Of a DNA stretch of 64,000 bases, positions 11,051-24,571 are shown piece by piece. The DNA is from Octopus vulgaris (taxonomy: Eukaryota), in contig OX597833.1 of the NCBI GenBank assembly GCA_951406725.2, positions 14,136,001 through 14,200,000 of the forward strand, written 5' to 3'. Under the pieces are notes generated by a model. The model was given only the letters and a program-made list of their open reading frames with translations, did not search any database and was not told the origin of the DNA. Position numbers and translations under genes: made by a program. Each line of letters begins with the position of its first letter. Positions within the stretch are counted from its first letter, which is position 1.

Positions 11051-11292
11051 TTCACATTTTATTTTAATTTCCTTGCAAAGAATATCATATTTTTTTATTA
11101 TTTCTTTTGAATCTGTAAATAAGGAAGAATAAGTCAACCAATTATTTTAAAATTTTTTTTAGTTAAAAAGGTCGACAAGCAAACAGACACACAGAAACAC
11201 ACACAGACAAACTGCCGTTTATATATAGAGAGATTAGTGATGATTTATTATGAAGTTACTGATAGAAATGATGTTTACTGATAGTTAATGAT

Positions 11293-11620
11293 ATGAGACC
11301 CCCTTCGGTCACGACACAGACCATGGGATTGCACCTAGAATGTTACGCTCCCAGGCATAAGTCCGGGCAAGGTGTTTTTTTTTTATGGAAGACCAGCAGT
11401 CGCTCATGCATACCGGCCCCTTCGCTCCACGCCACCAAGGGAAAGACAAGGGCCGATGCAGCTCGGCACCTGTGACGTCGCAACTCATTTCCTACAGCTG
11501 AGTGAACTGGAGCGACGTGAAATAAAGTGTCTTGCTCAAGAACACAACACGCATCCCGGTCCGGGGGATTCGAATTCGTAACCTCACGATCGTAGGCTCG
11601 AAGCTCAAACCACTGAGCCA
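11293..11620 (-). mobile_element. SINE family D (tRNA-like head plus CORE-like gtgttcttgagcaagacactttatttcacg)
   Basis: Minus strand atggctcagtggtt...gaattcgaatccc...; related heads at about 18770, 22213, 45395, 47050 and 47385. Confidence 0.75.
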
Positions 11621-11628
11621 TGATAGAA

Positions 11629-12016
11629 TAAAATAGGAGCACTCCGTCGGTTACAACGACGAGGGTTCCATTTGATCCGATCAACGGAACAGCCTGCTCG
11701 TGAAATTAACGTGTATGGCTGAGCACTCCACAGACACGTGTACCCTTAACGTAGCTCTCGGGGATATTCAGCGTGACACAGAGAGTGACAAGGCCTGCTC
11801 TTTGAAATACAGGTACAACAGAAACAGGAAGTAAGAGTGAGAGAAAGTTGTGGTGAAAGAGTACAGCAGGGATCACCACCATCCCCTGCCGGAGCCTCGT
11901 GGAGCTTTTAGGTGTTTTCGCTCAATAAACACTCACAACGCCCGGTCTGGGAATCGAAACCGCTATCCTACGACCGCGAGTCCGCTGCCCTAACCACTGG
12001 GCCATTGCGCCTCCAC
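11629..12016 (-). mobile_element. SINE family C with tail type I, 11-bp TSD
   Basis: ccatgatagaa at 11618-11628 and 12017-12027; tail ends ...ccctcgtcgttgtaaccgacggagtgctcc. Confidence 0.93.
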
Positions 12017-12204
12017 CCATGATAGAAAACAGGAATAACGTCCTGAACGAATTGTTTTGTAGGTTAGAAATAAGGGACAGATACCTCAGATTACAGTGGG
12101 CACATATTTTTGTTCAAATATATATTTGCTAGACATCTCTGAACAAAAACATACGGGATAATATATCAAAAGGATGAGGAAGATAACTTTTAAGGCTAGA
12201 AGCG

Positions 12205-12410
12205 TATATGTATATACACACATATATATATGCATATATATATATGTATATATATATATGTGTATATATATATATGCATATATATATATACGCATATATA
12301 TATATGTATATATGTATATATATATGCATATATATATGTATATATATATATGTATATATATGTATGTATATATATATATATATAAATATATATGTATATA
12401 TATATGTATG

Positions 12411-12466
<56 letters not shown>

Positions 12467-12477
12467 TGCATATATAT

Positions 12478-12511
<34 letters not shown>

Positions 12512-12513
12512 TG

Positions 12514-12582
<69 letters not shown>
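12205..12582. repeat. (TA)n-rich microsatellite
   Basis: Direct inspection. Confidence 0.95.
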
Positions 12583-12587
<5 letters not shown>

Positions 12588-13266
12588 GGAATTCAGCTAC
12601 TGTCAGAAAAAAAAGTAAAAAAAAAAGAATGTGCTTCAAAATTTTGAGTCGGTTCCTATAAGACTTCAGATCCAAGAGGTATTAAAAGATTAATCTAAGG
12701 ATGAAGCCTTCACATCACTTGGTTCGAGCTGAAAGCTCGAAATGCCTTCAAATAGATTTATGTTAAGTTCTTGGGAAAATTACAGGTTTCCCTTTACAAA
12801 TGGAGTTAGGAAACTAATTGAAGGTTTCTCAACATATGGCATGTCACATGTCACCTAGATTTCTTTCCTGAATAATCTTGGTCCCGGTTAGTGACGAACG
12901 AGTAAGGAGATTTCACCAGAATATTAAATCCATATAAGCTCTCTATCAAGAATTCTTGAATATAATAAAAAAAAAACAAACTGATGCTAGATTATTGCTG
13001 CATGGTTTATCATGGCACAAACTACATTTACAAGAAAAAAGAAATCACATTTTTGATTGAGAATATATGGCTGTTTGTTGACAACTTCTTCATCCTTGTA
13101 AGGGTATTAATACCCAATTTTCCATTCTGTTTTAATGGCGATACTGCGTTCGAAAATACCATTCCTGTCTGTATTTTATGATATACATTCTACGCTTCAA
13201 AAAAACCAAAACAGAAAATAAATGTAAGCTTGTTAATATACACACGTGTTTGTGTTATATATATCT

Positions 13267-13320
<54 letters not shown>

Positions 13321-13493
13321 TAAAAATTCATATTATTCAAAATATTCAACGTGAACACGAAGTTTCTACCTTTATAAACAAGAGTTACAACACCTTTACT
13401 TGTGAGATTTTTGCTGCCCTGGTAACTATTTATTTATTTTTTCCGTGTTAATTGTTAACAAGGTAAAAATACACTCATCTATTTATATATATA

Positions 13494-13916
13494 CTAGCAG
13501 CATAGCCCGGCATTGCCCGGGTATGTAAGAGCCCCTAGAAGGCAACGACTAATCCCAATCTAGTCCTTTCCCTCTTGGGAACGAAGGCGCATGTGCAGGT
13601 TGCAATATCTTCTCTTCACTCGAATACTTCTGTGTATACGATGTTCCTAGCTGTCCCTTTGGGCGATAAAAAGGTCGAGTTGTGTCCCCTAGACAGAAAA
13701 TGTGTTGCATATAAAAAGCTTAGATTCTCGACCCCATGTCGAATTTATCGATCTTTTTCAGAACTGGGGGAACTTTTCAAAGTTTTCGCTGCGTTAGTTT
13801 TGAATTATGACATTGGGCTATATGTGTGTCAAGTTTCATCATAATCGGTTGAAAGCCGTGGTCAGGGTCAGGGTACAACCTGACAGACACACAGACACAC
13901 AGACAGACAAACTGCC

Positions 13917-13990
<74 letters not shown>
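13494..13990 (-). mobile_element. Non-autonomous Helitron-like element
   Basis: Minus-strand 3' end: GC hairpin (cccgggcaatgccggg) then CTAG|T at 13494; the other end (gacagacaaactgccgtttatata) also occurs at about 11205-11233. Confidence 0.72.
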
Positions 13991-13994
<4 letters not shown>

Positions 13995-14203
13995 AAATAT
14001 GAAAAATCAACGAAAATGCACATTGCAAATAAAAAAAGGCTATTTATGACAGGTAACGACAAAAATATACATTTAGATTGACTGAGGTAGTAATACGAGT
14101 AATAAAAGTCATTATTATGAGATGATTATAAGATGATAATAAAGTAAGAGAATAAAACGGACCATGGTTTACGCAAAGCTATTCATCGCTTGAAAAACAC
14201 CGG

Positions 14204-14245
<42 letters not shown>

Positions 14246-14483
14246 CATGGCATAAGTAAATAGACACTCCTTATAATCATTAAAATTTATTCAATCACTG
14301 AGTGATGAGAAGAATTTTAATCTGCTTTATAAACGGCAAAGGGCAGTGGAAATGGTGTGGCTATGATAGCAGTTTTACAGCCATGCGATTATTGACTTTG
14401 CTTCTTTCTAGCACTCTCTCATCTCCTCTCTTCTGCTTTTCCGTCTCCTTAGAACAGAAAGCTATCAATGGTCTACACTCTGA

Positions 14484-14840
14484 AGGCGACGAGGTGGCAG
14501 AATCGTTAGCACGCCGGGCGAAATGCGTAGCCGTAATTCGTCTTTGCTTTTCATCCTTTCGGGGTCGATTAAATAAGTACCAGTTACGCTCTGGGGTCGA
14601 TATAATCGACTTAATCCGTTTGTCTGTCCTCTCTGTATTTAGCCCCTTATGGGTAGTAAAGAAATAGGTATTTCGTCTGCCGTTACGTTCTGAGTTCAAA
14701 TTCCGCCGAAGTCGACTTTGCCTTTAATCCTTTCGGCGTCGATTAATTAAATACCAGTTGCGTACTGGAGTCGATATAATAGACTGGGCCCCCTACCCCA
14801 AAATTTCGGGCCTTGTGCCTAGAGTAGAAAAGAAAAGAAT
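14484..14840 (+). mobile_element. SINE family B dimer with alternative tail
   Basis: Head ggcgacgaggtggcagaatcgttagc; junction gaaataggtatttcgtc at about 14661. Confidence 0.88.
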
Positions 14841-15106
14841 GTCCCACACATCCGCGCATGTTGTAGCTAAGTTTTCAGTGTCACATTACGGTCTCACTAC
14901 TTTTACTTCTACTCCCATGAATCGGTCAGGGTCTCGAATGATCTCGAATGACTGTGGTATTCACGGATCAGTAGGTACCTGGTAGAAGAATGTTCCTTTG
15001 AGTTTTCAAAAAGGAGAAATATGTATTCTACCATCTTTAAGTATGGTGTATTTTCTTTGTTTAGTAAAATGTGGCTGAATTGAATGTCACTGATATTCTT
15101 AATAGT

Positions 15107-15498
15107 GGATGATGGAAGCACTCCGTCGGTTACGACGACGAGGGTTCCGGTTGATCCGAATCAACGGAACAGTCTGCTCGTGAAATTAACGTGTAAGTGG
15201 CTGAGCACTCCACAGACACGTGTACCTTTAACGTAGTTCTTGGGGATATTCAGCGTGACACAGAGAGTGACAAGGCCGGCCCTTTGAAATACAAGGTACA
15301 ACAGAAACAGGAAGTAAGAGTGAGAGAAAGTTGTGGTGAAAGAGTACAAGCAGGGATCACCACCATCCCCTGCCGGAGCCTCGTGGAGCTTTTAGGTGTT
15401 TTCGCTCAATAAACACTTACAACGCCCGGTCTGGGAATCGAAACCGCGATCCTATGACCGCGAGTCCGCTGCCCTAACCACTGGGCCATTGCGCCTCC
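15107..15498 (-). mobile_element. SINE family C, tail type I
   Basis: Near-identical to 11629-12016; possible TSD aatagt. Confidence 0.92.
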
Positions 15499-16283
15499 AA
15501 TAGTATAATACAAATGGATCAAACTGACGCTTTTAAACGTTAAAATATTGTTATGGTTTTGCGTGCAATGAATGAATTTCGTCGTGAAATTGAATTTATT
15601 TTAGATTTTTGAAGAAATTTTCCTCCGTCTGGTTAGTTTTTGATCTTTTTGTAAGGCTGCATTTCTGCTAGGAAGCCATTTTGCGTAAAGAAAGCAGAAA
15701 TGTAAAGTTACGTCTAAAAATGTCCGGATATTTCTCAATCGCCAAAGGAATTGACTCCCAACGCATCCCAAAAGTATTCCCCACGAAAGAATATATTTTT
15801 AAAATTGATTGCTAACCCTGCCCCGAAATTTTAAGAGTTTTGTAGAATTTTGTGGAAGCACTTAATAACAACGACGGCGACGATGACGACTATGGCAATA
15901 TCCACAACGACAACAATATTATCTTAGCTACCAGGGATCAAAGAGAAACAGAAAATACAAGACAACGTTAGACAGGGTACTTAAAAAGCATTTGGACGGA
16001 GAAGATCTGTAAATACGAAGGTAGGGTGAATATAGGGCGTTTCACTTAATTTATCTGTCAAGTCTATTCTGCTGGTTGGTTTGGATGATAGACCCGGTTT
16101 CGCAAGATATAAGTTTGTTACTTTTTCCTTTTCACAAACCTCTGTAAATGCTTGTAGAAGGCTGGCCTTAGTTCTGAGCACAAAATGTCGTTGAGCTTTT
16201 GATCAATGGAAAATGTTCCATGTCGGGAGTTTTCTTCTTGGCCAAAACACAAGCAAATGTCACTTTATTGTGGTCCGTGTATA

Positions 16284-16607
16284 GTGGCACTCCGTCGGTT
16301 ACGACGACGAGGGTTCAAGTTGATCCGATCAGCGGAACCGCCTGCTCGTGAAATTAACGTACAAGTGACTGAGCACTCCAGAGACGTGTGTACCCTTAAC
16401 GTAGTTCTCGGGGAGATTCAGCGTGACACAGAGTATGACAAAGCTGGATCTTTGAAATACAGGGTTCAATAGAACCCCTTGCTGGAGCCTCATGGAATTT
16501 TAGGTGTTTTCGTTCAATAAACACTCACAACACCCGGTATGGGAATGGAAACTGCGATTCTATGACCGCGTGTCCGCTGCCCTATACACAGGGCAATTGC
16601 GCCTCCA
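16284..16607 (-). mobile_element. SINE family C, tail type I (internally deleted)
   Basis: TSD-like tggt(c/t)cgtgtata at 16271 and 16608. Confidence 0.85.
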
Positions 16608-16754
16608 TGGTTCGTGTATACATCCGATGCGATACATGTATGCATACTGTTGTTGTAGCTGACGACAAGGTTTCTAATTTGTCGAGTTCAAATGAATGTG
16701 TTTCGCTTTGATCTTGCAGGTTATCAATATTTCCTGTTGCAAGTAAGCAACAGG

Positions 16755-17428
16755 AAATATTTATCGACCCCGAATGTATAAATGGCAAAGTCGACCTCGG
16801 TGGAATTTGAACTCAGAACGCAACGGCAGACGAAATACCTTTTTCTTTACTATCCACAAGGGGATAAACACAGAGAGGACAAACAAGGACAGACAGACGG
16901 ATCAAGTCGATTATATCGACCTCAGTGCGTAACTGGTACTTAATTTATCGACCCCGAAAGGATGAAAGGCAAAGTCGACCTCGGTGGAATTTGAACTCAG
17001 AACGTAGCGGCAGACGAAATACATATTTCTTTACTACCCACAAGGGGCTAAACACAGAGGGGACAAACAAGGACAGACATAGGTATTATGTCGATTACAT
17101 CGACCCCAGTGCGTAACTGGTACTTAATTTATCGACCCCGAAAGGATGAAAGGCAAAGTCGACCTCGGCGGAATTTGAACTCAGAACGTAACGGCAGACG
17201 AAATACCTATTTCTTTACTACCCACAAGGGGCTAAACACAGAGGGGACAAACAAGGACAGACATAGGTATTATGTCGATTACATCGACCCCAGTGCGTAA
17301 CTGGTACTTAATTTATCGACCCCGAAAGGATGAAAGGCTAAGTCGACCTCGGTGGAATTTGAACTCAGAACGCAACGGCAGACGAAATACCGCTTAACAT
17401 TTCGCCCGGCGTGCTGACGTTTCTGTCA
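16755..17428 (-). mobile_element. SINE family B multimer (184-bp period)
   Basis: gtgcgtaactgg recurs at 16925, 17109 and 17293. Confidence 0.92.
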
Positions 17429-17707
17429 ATGGATAATCTCGTATATCTGGTCCCTTTTTATTGTAAAAAAACATTAGCAAAGGTGTAGCTATATTTCCGT
17501 GTCGCTCCGAAGATCAACTTCGTCTATTATAACTGATTTGTCTTCATTCTTCTTTTTCTCGCCCTGTACGGATTAGCCGGTAAATTTCTCTTTCTGAAAA
17601 TCCCAGTTTATCCAGATTCTTCTTTAAGCATTTATATAAAAAAACCTTGTACTCCAATTATTATTGGTATGAATATGAATTCATGGTCTGGATATAGAAG
17701 CTGGAGT

Positions 17708-18089
17708 TATGTATGTATGTATGTATGTATGTATGTATGTATGTATGTATGTATGTATGTATGTATGTATGTATGTATGTATGTATGTATCTATGTATGT
17801 ATGTATATATGTATGTATGTCTGTATGTATGTATATATGTATGCATGTATGTATGTATGCATGTATGTATGTATGTATGTATGTGTGTATGTATGTATGA
17901 ATGTATATATGTATGTATGTATATATGTATGTATGTCTGTATGTATGTATATATGTATGTATGTATGTAGTATGTATGTCTGTATGTATGTATGTATGTC
18001 TGTATGTATGTATGTATGTATGTATGTATGTATGTATGTGCATATGTATGTATGTATGTATGCATGTATGTATGTATGTATGTATGTGC

Positions 18090-18120
<31 letters not shown>

Positions 18121-18147
18121 TGTATGTATGTGCATATGTATGTATGT
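17708..18147. repeat. (TATG)n microsatellite
   Basis: Direct inspection. Confidence 0.96.
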
Positions 18148-18148
18148 A

Positions 18149-18365
18149 CGATAGAGTACTGGAAAATTCCTGGCTTTGGGTAAAAGAAAATGCAGCAGAA
18201 TCAGTTAATTATGATTTTATTCAAACATATTCCCCCCTCAGATTCACGCACTTGTTGCAGCAGCCCTTCAGTTTTTCTAGGACCTATAAAGGAACTCGGG
18301 AGGTAGGGCCTCCAACCAGGCCTTTCGCTTTACTCTTAAAGCCGGGAACTTTTCAGCACCCCTCG
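18149..18365. mobile_element. Tc1/mariner-type MITE with TA TSD
   Basis: ta|cgatagagtactggaaaattcctggcttt ... aaagccgggaacttttcagcacccctcg|ta: imperfect TIRs of about 29 bp. Confidence 0.8.
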
Positions 18366-18995
18366 TATGTACACACACACACACACACACGACGAGTTTC
18401 TACACAGCTTCTATCTACCAAATTCACTTATAAGACATTGGTCGGCTCTGGGCTATATTAGAAGACGTTTGTTCAAAGTGCCGCACAGTAGGACCGAACT
18501 CGAAACGACACGTCTGCAAAGCGAGATTCTTAACTACTTCAACAAGTACCATTTCACTTCTTTATTATTATTTATCGATTCGTTAACCTTTTTAACCAAT
18601 AACCTATTCGACTGTTTGATTACTCGTTTGGTTTAATTAATCAATCACCTTAGATTCGCCAAACTTCTTTCGTCGCCATTCGCGACCTCATCAATATCGT
18701 ATCCTCTGATCTCAGCTCTGATTCAGATTAGTCTTTTTATGCATTGATTTGAGTTGACCCTGTAAATTCGTGTGGCCATGTAGTTACGACTTTGGACTCA
18801 CAATCGTTAGGCAGTGGGTCGTTCCGATTCTAGGGCCATGGAGTGCTTTGAATTCTTAAGCAAGACTCTCAATTTCACGTTGCTGTAATCTACCCGGCTG
18901 GAAATAATTACCAGCAGTAAATTTGACTGCTATTTCTAGCAGAAAGCTAGAGTAAATAGAAGGTCACTCGTTGAGTGTACGATATCATTTATATC

Positions 18996-19415
18996 TCTCT
19001 TTACTCTTTTACTCTTTTACTTGTTTCAGTCATGTGACTGTGGCCATGCTGGAGCACCGCCTTTAGTCGATCAAATCGACCGCAGGACTTATTCTTTGTT
19101 CGCCTAGTACTTATTTTATCGGCCACTTTTTGCCGAACCGCTAAGTTACCGGGACGTATACACACCAGCATCGGCGGTTGTCAAGCGATGTTGGGAGGAC
19201 AAACACAGACAAACAAACACGCGCAAACACACATATATATATACATATATACGACGAGCTTCTTTCAGTTTCCGTCTACCAAATCCACCCACAAGGCTTT
19301 GGTCGGCCCGAGGCTATAGTAGAAGACACTTACCCAAGGTGCCACGCAGTGGGACTGAACCCGGAACCATGTGGTTGGTAAGCAAGCTACTTACCACACA
19401 GCCACTCCTGCGCCT
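18996..19415 (-). mobile_element. SINE family A full length
   Basis: Same head and tail as 1341-1755. Confidence 0.92.
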
Positions 19416-19869
19416 CTGATAGAATTAGTAGCTAAAACTCCCTTAAATCTCACCTTCCTTTCTAAGTAAGCCACGGCTAGTTTGGATTCAGATTGTAATA
19501 TATAGAGGACGGGTTTCCATACAGTTTCCGTTAATCAATTTGACTCACAAGACATAGATTGGATCGGGGATACAGCAGAAGACACTTGCCCAGGTTGCCG
19601 CGCAGTGGATCTGAACTCAAAACCATGGGGTTGAGAAACAAACTCCTTAACTATACAGCCATATCTGCATCTTGGTCTTTTGTCCCCCCCCCTCATCCTT
19701 CGTCCCAGTGGCAAATAAATGACATCATCATCATCATCATCATCATCATCATTGTTATCATTATCATTATCATTGTTATTATTATTATTATTACTATTAT
19801 TATTAGCATATGCTAGTGTTTTCCTTAGTTGCGATTATTTTCGAAAGCCCTTTATCGTTTAACCATTAA

Positions 19870-20072
19870 ATTTTAGTCATTGACCTGCGGCCATGCTGGA
19901 GCGCAATCTTGGAATGTTTTGTTGTTGTCGAACAAACTGACACAGGTATTTATGTTTTTTTCCTAAAATTTGCTACTATTCTATCAGTCTCTTTTGCTGA
20001 ATCGCTAAGTTGCGGGGGACGTAAACAAACCAACACCGGTTGTCAAGTGGAGTGTGTGGGTGACCAGCAAAG

Positions 20073-20122
<50 letters not shown>

Positions 20123-20535
20123 AGATACACACACTCACAGACACACATACATACGAAGACACATACACACACAGACGCACATACACATACACACACACAC
20201 AGACGTAGATACACACACACACACACACACTCACAAACACACTTACATACACAGCCACATATACACACACAGACACACATACACATGCACACACACACAC
20301 ACACACACAGGTAGATACACACACACGCTCACATACGCACAAACACACACATACACAAATCTATGTATTCGACAAGCTTCCGCACAGTTTCTGTCTACCA
20401 AATTCCCCCACAAGCCATTGGTCAGTCCGTGGCTAGAGTAGTAGCCACTTGCTCCAAGCAAGCCGTAGTGAGACTCAACCCGAAAGAACACAATTGCAAA
20501 GCGAACATTTTTAACCAATGAGTCATACCAGCGCC
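19870..20535 (-). mobile_element. Older SINE-A-like copy with expanded (CA)n
   Basis: gtcattgacctgcggccatgctggag ... cagtttctgtctaccaaattcc ... cagcgcct. Confidence 0.75.
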
Positions 20536-20942
20536 TAAACACAACCGCAACATAGTAAAAGACTTTAGTATGACTTTTCTATGTCTGACAACTTTCTTTT
20601 AACATTCCTTCAATAATTCATAATTGAAAATCTCATGTTTGCCTGTCATGTTGAGAAAAGCTAATCCGCATATACCAAGAAATATTTAATTCTCCACGAA
20701 GCTGTAACGAAAAATAAAATTTAATATAACAAAGATACTTGTCTATCAAGTATTGATTTTTAAAATGTTCAATTATTTTCTGTTGAAGAGAAATAATATA
20801 ATTTCGTCGACAGAACAACCATCTTTGAATTATGAATTGCTTCAGTTTCTTAGTTAAAGAATTTTGCTATTCCATTTCAGAGTATTGTTGGTTTTAAAGA
20901 GGTCAATTTAAACGAATATATTCACGTACAACAGTGAACAAT

Positions 20943-21338
20943 AGGCGCAGGAGTGGCTGTGTGGTAAGTAGCTTGCTTACCAACCACATGGTTCCAGGTT
21001 CAGTCCCCTGCGTGGCATCTTGGGCAAGTGTCTTCTGCTATAGCCTCGGGCCGACCAATGCCTTGTGAGACAGAAACTGAAAGAAGCCTGTCGTATATAT
21101 GTATATATGTATGTATGTGTGTGTATGTTTGCGTGTCTGTGTTTGTCCCCCTAGTATTGCTTGACAACCGATGCTGGTGTGTTTACGTCCCCGTCACTTA
21201 GCGGTTCGGCAAAAGAGACCGATAGAATAAGTACTGGGCTTACAAAGAATAAGTCCCGGGGTCGATTTGCTCGACTAAAGGCGGTGCTCCAGTATGGCCG
21301 CAGTCAAATGACTGAAACAAGTAAAAGAGTAAAAGAGT
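20943..21338 (+). mobile_element. SINE family A full length
   Basis: aggcgcaggagtggctgtgtgg ... gtaaaagagtaaaagag. Confidence 0.93.
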
Positions 21339-21445
21339 GATAAACAAGCAAATCATGCTCGTTTAAATGTTAAATAGTTTCATCTTCTTACGTTTATATA
21401 TTCGTTTTGCAGGATTCTTGATGTGAAATCGTGTGTTGAAACATA

Positions 21446-21680
21446 TATTGTTGTATTCAGGAATGGTCATGTTGCCAGTTTAGCCAATAAAAACACACGC
21501 ACTATACATTTGGTGTTAATTTGCTCCAGCTTTATTTATTTTTTACATTAATCTTAATCTTAATCTTATAAGATTAACGTAAAAAATAAGATACAGCTGA
21601 AGCAAAGTAACACCAAATATATAGTGCGTGTGTTTTTATTGGCTAAACTGGCAACATGACCATTCCTAAATACAACAATA
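21446..21680. repeat. Near-perfect 235-bp palindrome
   Basis: ggaatggtcatgttgccagtttagccaataaaaacacacgcactata is mirrored on the other arm; centre taatcttataagatta at about 21568. Confidence 0.93.
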
Positions 21681-22542
21681 ATAGTTTAATCTTGCTTTTA
21701 CCGATTGCTTGTTGTTTCAGTCATTTGACTACGACCATGCTGTAGCATCACCTTGCTGGATTTTAGTCGAACGAATCGACCCCAATACTTTTCTTGTTTC
21801 AAACCTGGTAAATATTCTATCGGGATCTTTTCCCGAACTGTTAAGTTATGGGATCGTAAAGAAACCAGCACCGGTTGTTTGTTGGTGATGGGTGACATAC
21901 ATAAAGACAAACACACACATAAGTATATATAATTAAATACATACACACACATTCACATACACACACAGAACACACATATATAACTTATATATGTATATAT
22001 GTATATGTATGTGTGTGTGCATATATTCCCTTAAAAAAAATTTTTTTCTTGTTTCAGTCATTTGACTGCGGCCACGCTGGAGCACTGCCTTTAGTCGAAC
22101 AAATATCGACTTTACTCCAAAGTACTGTTGTTGAATATCTCACGTTGTGAGATTTCAAAAATAGTATATTTTCTGAAGATTATTAGTAATTGGTTATTTA
22201 TTTGTCAGCACAGAAGGCGCGTGGCCTGATGGTTAGAAGTGTTGCACTCACGAGAACGTAGGTTCGATTTCCAAACCACCGGTACGTTGTGTTATTGGGA
22301 GCAAAACACTTCATGTTTCTTTGCTTTGCTTTGCGACCACTTTGATATCTGACATGTGGCACATTTGTACACCTGTACAGGTAAAGACGATTTGAGGAAT
22401 GAAATGTACTTATGTGCAGGACAAGTATTTGATCACCACAAACACGTTATCTCTGCAGGTTGTCCAGCAAGAAATTATGGAACCGTCTTTTTCGGACACA
22501 TGAGACTACCATTAAAAAAGAAAAAAAAATGTCGACGCATTA

Positions 22543-22960
22543 TAGGTGTGGTAAGTAGCTTGCTTACGAACCACATGGTTCCGGGTTCATTCCCACTGCG
22601 TGGCACCTTGGGCAAGTGTCTTCCACTATAGTCTCGGGCAGACCAAAGCCTTGTGAGTGGATTTGGTAGACTGAAACTGAAAGAAGCCCGTCATATATAT
22701 ATATATATATATATACATATATAGATGTGTGTGTGTATATGTTTGTGTCTATGTTTGTCCCCCCAAAATCGCTTGACAACTGATGCTGGCGTGTTTACGT
22801 CCCTGTAACTTAGCGGTTCGGCAAAAGAGCCCGATAGAATAAGTACTAGGCTTAATACAAAGAATAAATCCTGGGGTCGATTTGCTCGACTAAAGGCGGT
22901 GCTCCAGCATGGCCGCAGTCAAATGACTGAAACAAGTAAAAAGAGTGAAAGAGTAAAAGA
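22543..22960 (+). mobile_element. SINE family A
   Basis: gtgtggtaagtagcttgc ... gtaaaagag tail. Confidence 0.9.
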
Positions 22961-24571
22961 GCATTGTGTTCAGGGTCAAAGAGTCCATATTATGTAACCT
23001 CAAGTTTAGCGGATAAAGCATCGAGTGACCGAGTGCTTGAGTGATACATGAACCATCGCCAAACATCTTGGCTTCCACGCAACAACGGTGAATTAAAAAT
23101 CTTTCGTATCTAGCTTGAATGCTTCACAACATCAACTTTACCGACATAACGAGCCAGAATAGGCATTTAATCCAATAAATCAGTAAAGCAGACATTTAAT
23201 CCACGAACTCGGCGAAGCTAATGTACGTTTCCTTAATAATTTCCTGTACGCTATCAGCTATAAATGAAACAGCCATTTAGATAACGAAATCAATAAAATA
23301 ATTTTGCTATTCACCATTGATATTAGTGGGTCAATGGCTAAAAAATGTTAAGAATAAAATTACTTTTCACATGGTTTATTCATTAGTTGACCGTTTCTTT
23401 ATCCTGTAACATCATGAAAACCAGTTTCACCATGACTTCTCATAGCTTTCTTCACTGACCGAACACTTCATTACTGATATCAGGTTTCCTGGAGAGCGTT
23501 TTGTTAAGAACTCTGTTTATTAAGTATAGCTATAAAATACCAGACAATTGCATCGCAGCCGAAGCGTATAATGACTTCTACAATCATAGACATCTGCTGT
23601 TGTCTAGTAGCTTTATCATTACTGCAAAATTGTTACAATAGATTTACAATAGTCTAAATTATCGCATTACATCATATATTACTAACAATTATTTAACGAA
23701 AATGATTCATTATATATCCACTACAGTTATGGAATTTCAACCGCAGAATAAAAACCGTATTTATCCTGTTTTCTGTACGTTCTCTATAAGTTCATTGCAA
23801 TTGTTTTCTCTACGTAGATCCGGGTTCAATCCAGCTTGCTTGCTGGAGCCTAGCAGCGGGTATTTAAAGGGGAAGAATTTGACAAGACAGTCAGTCGCCC
23901 GCTGACACTCGCTGACGATACATCGAAGAGGCCAGGGAACAGAAGAAAGAAGAAGAAAGAAGACATGCACTCAACACCAGAGCTGAAGACAACTCCGAAA
24001 GGGGGGGGGGGGCGCCACGTCAAAACGGTAGAGGAGTAGGGGCCGAAACCGGACGTGGTTCCTCCTGATGATGTCTTGAGCTAACTGGATCCTATAAAGG
24101 AGCTGTTGTGGTAGCAGACCACGAAACACGGTTGAAATTCCTCAGTAAATATGGATGTACGATTGTTTGTTAAGAAGCTTGCTTTGTAATCCTGAAGTAT
24201 CGGGTTTAGTTTCATTGTTTTGCCTCTAGGGTCGGTGTTTTCTACTATAGCCCCAGGATAGCCAATGCCTTGTGGTAGACGGAAACTGTGTGGAAGCCCA
24301 TCGTATACACACACACAGACATATATATATGTGTGTGAGTGTGTGCCTTTATGTTTGTTTCCACGTCGCTTTACAAACGGTATTGGTTTGTTTACATCCC
24401 CCTAAGTTAGCAGTCCCCCCCCCCAAACAGTAAAATAAGTACCAGGTTTGAAAAATGGGGTCGATTTGTTCAACTGAGTACCTTCAAAGTGGTACCCCAA
24501 CATAGCCGCAGACCAAAGGCTGAAACAATGTAAAAGAAATGTATAGGGCGGCGAGCTTATACAATGTATAA

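Noticed and set aside
12720-13190. Hairpin plus GAAA (gagctgaaagctcgaaa) and a weak RT-like peptide (IWLFVDNFFIL)
   Set aside because: No CUGANGA upstream, and the peptide similarity is too weak to call.
15981-16181. 66-aa ORF and a GAAACCGGGTC hammerhead-like half
   Set aside because: No recognisable domain or splice context; the 5' core is missing.
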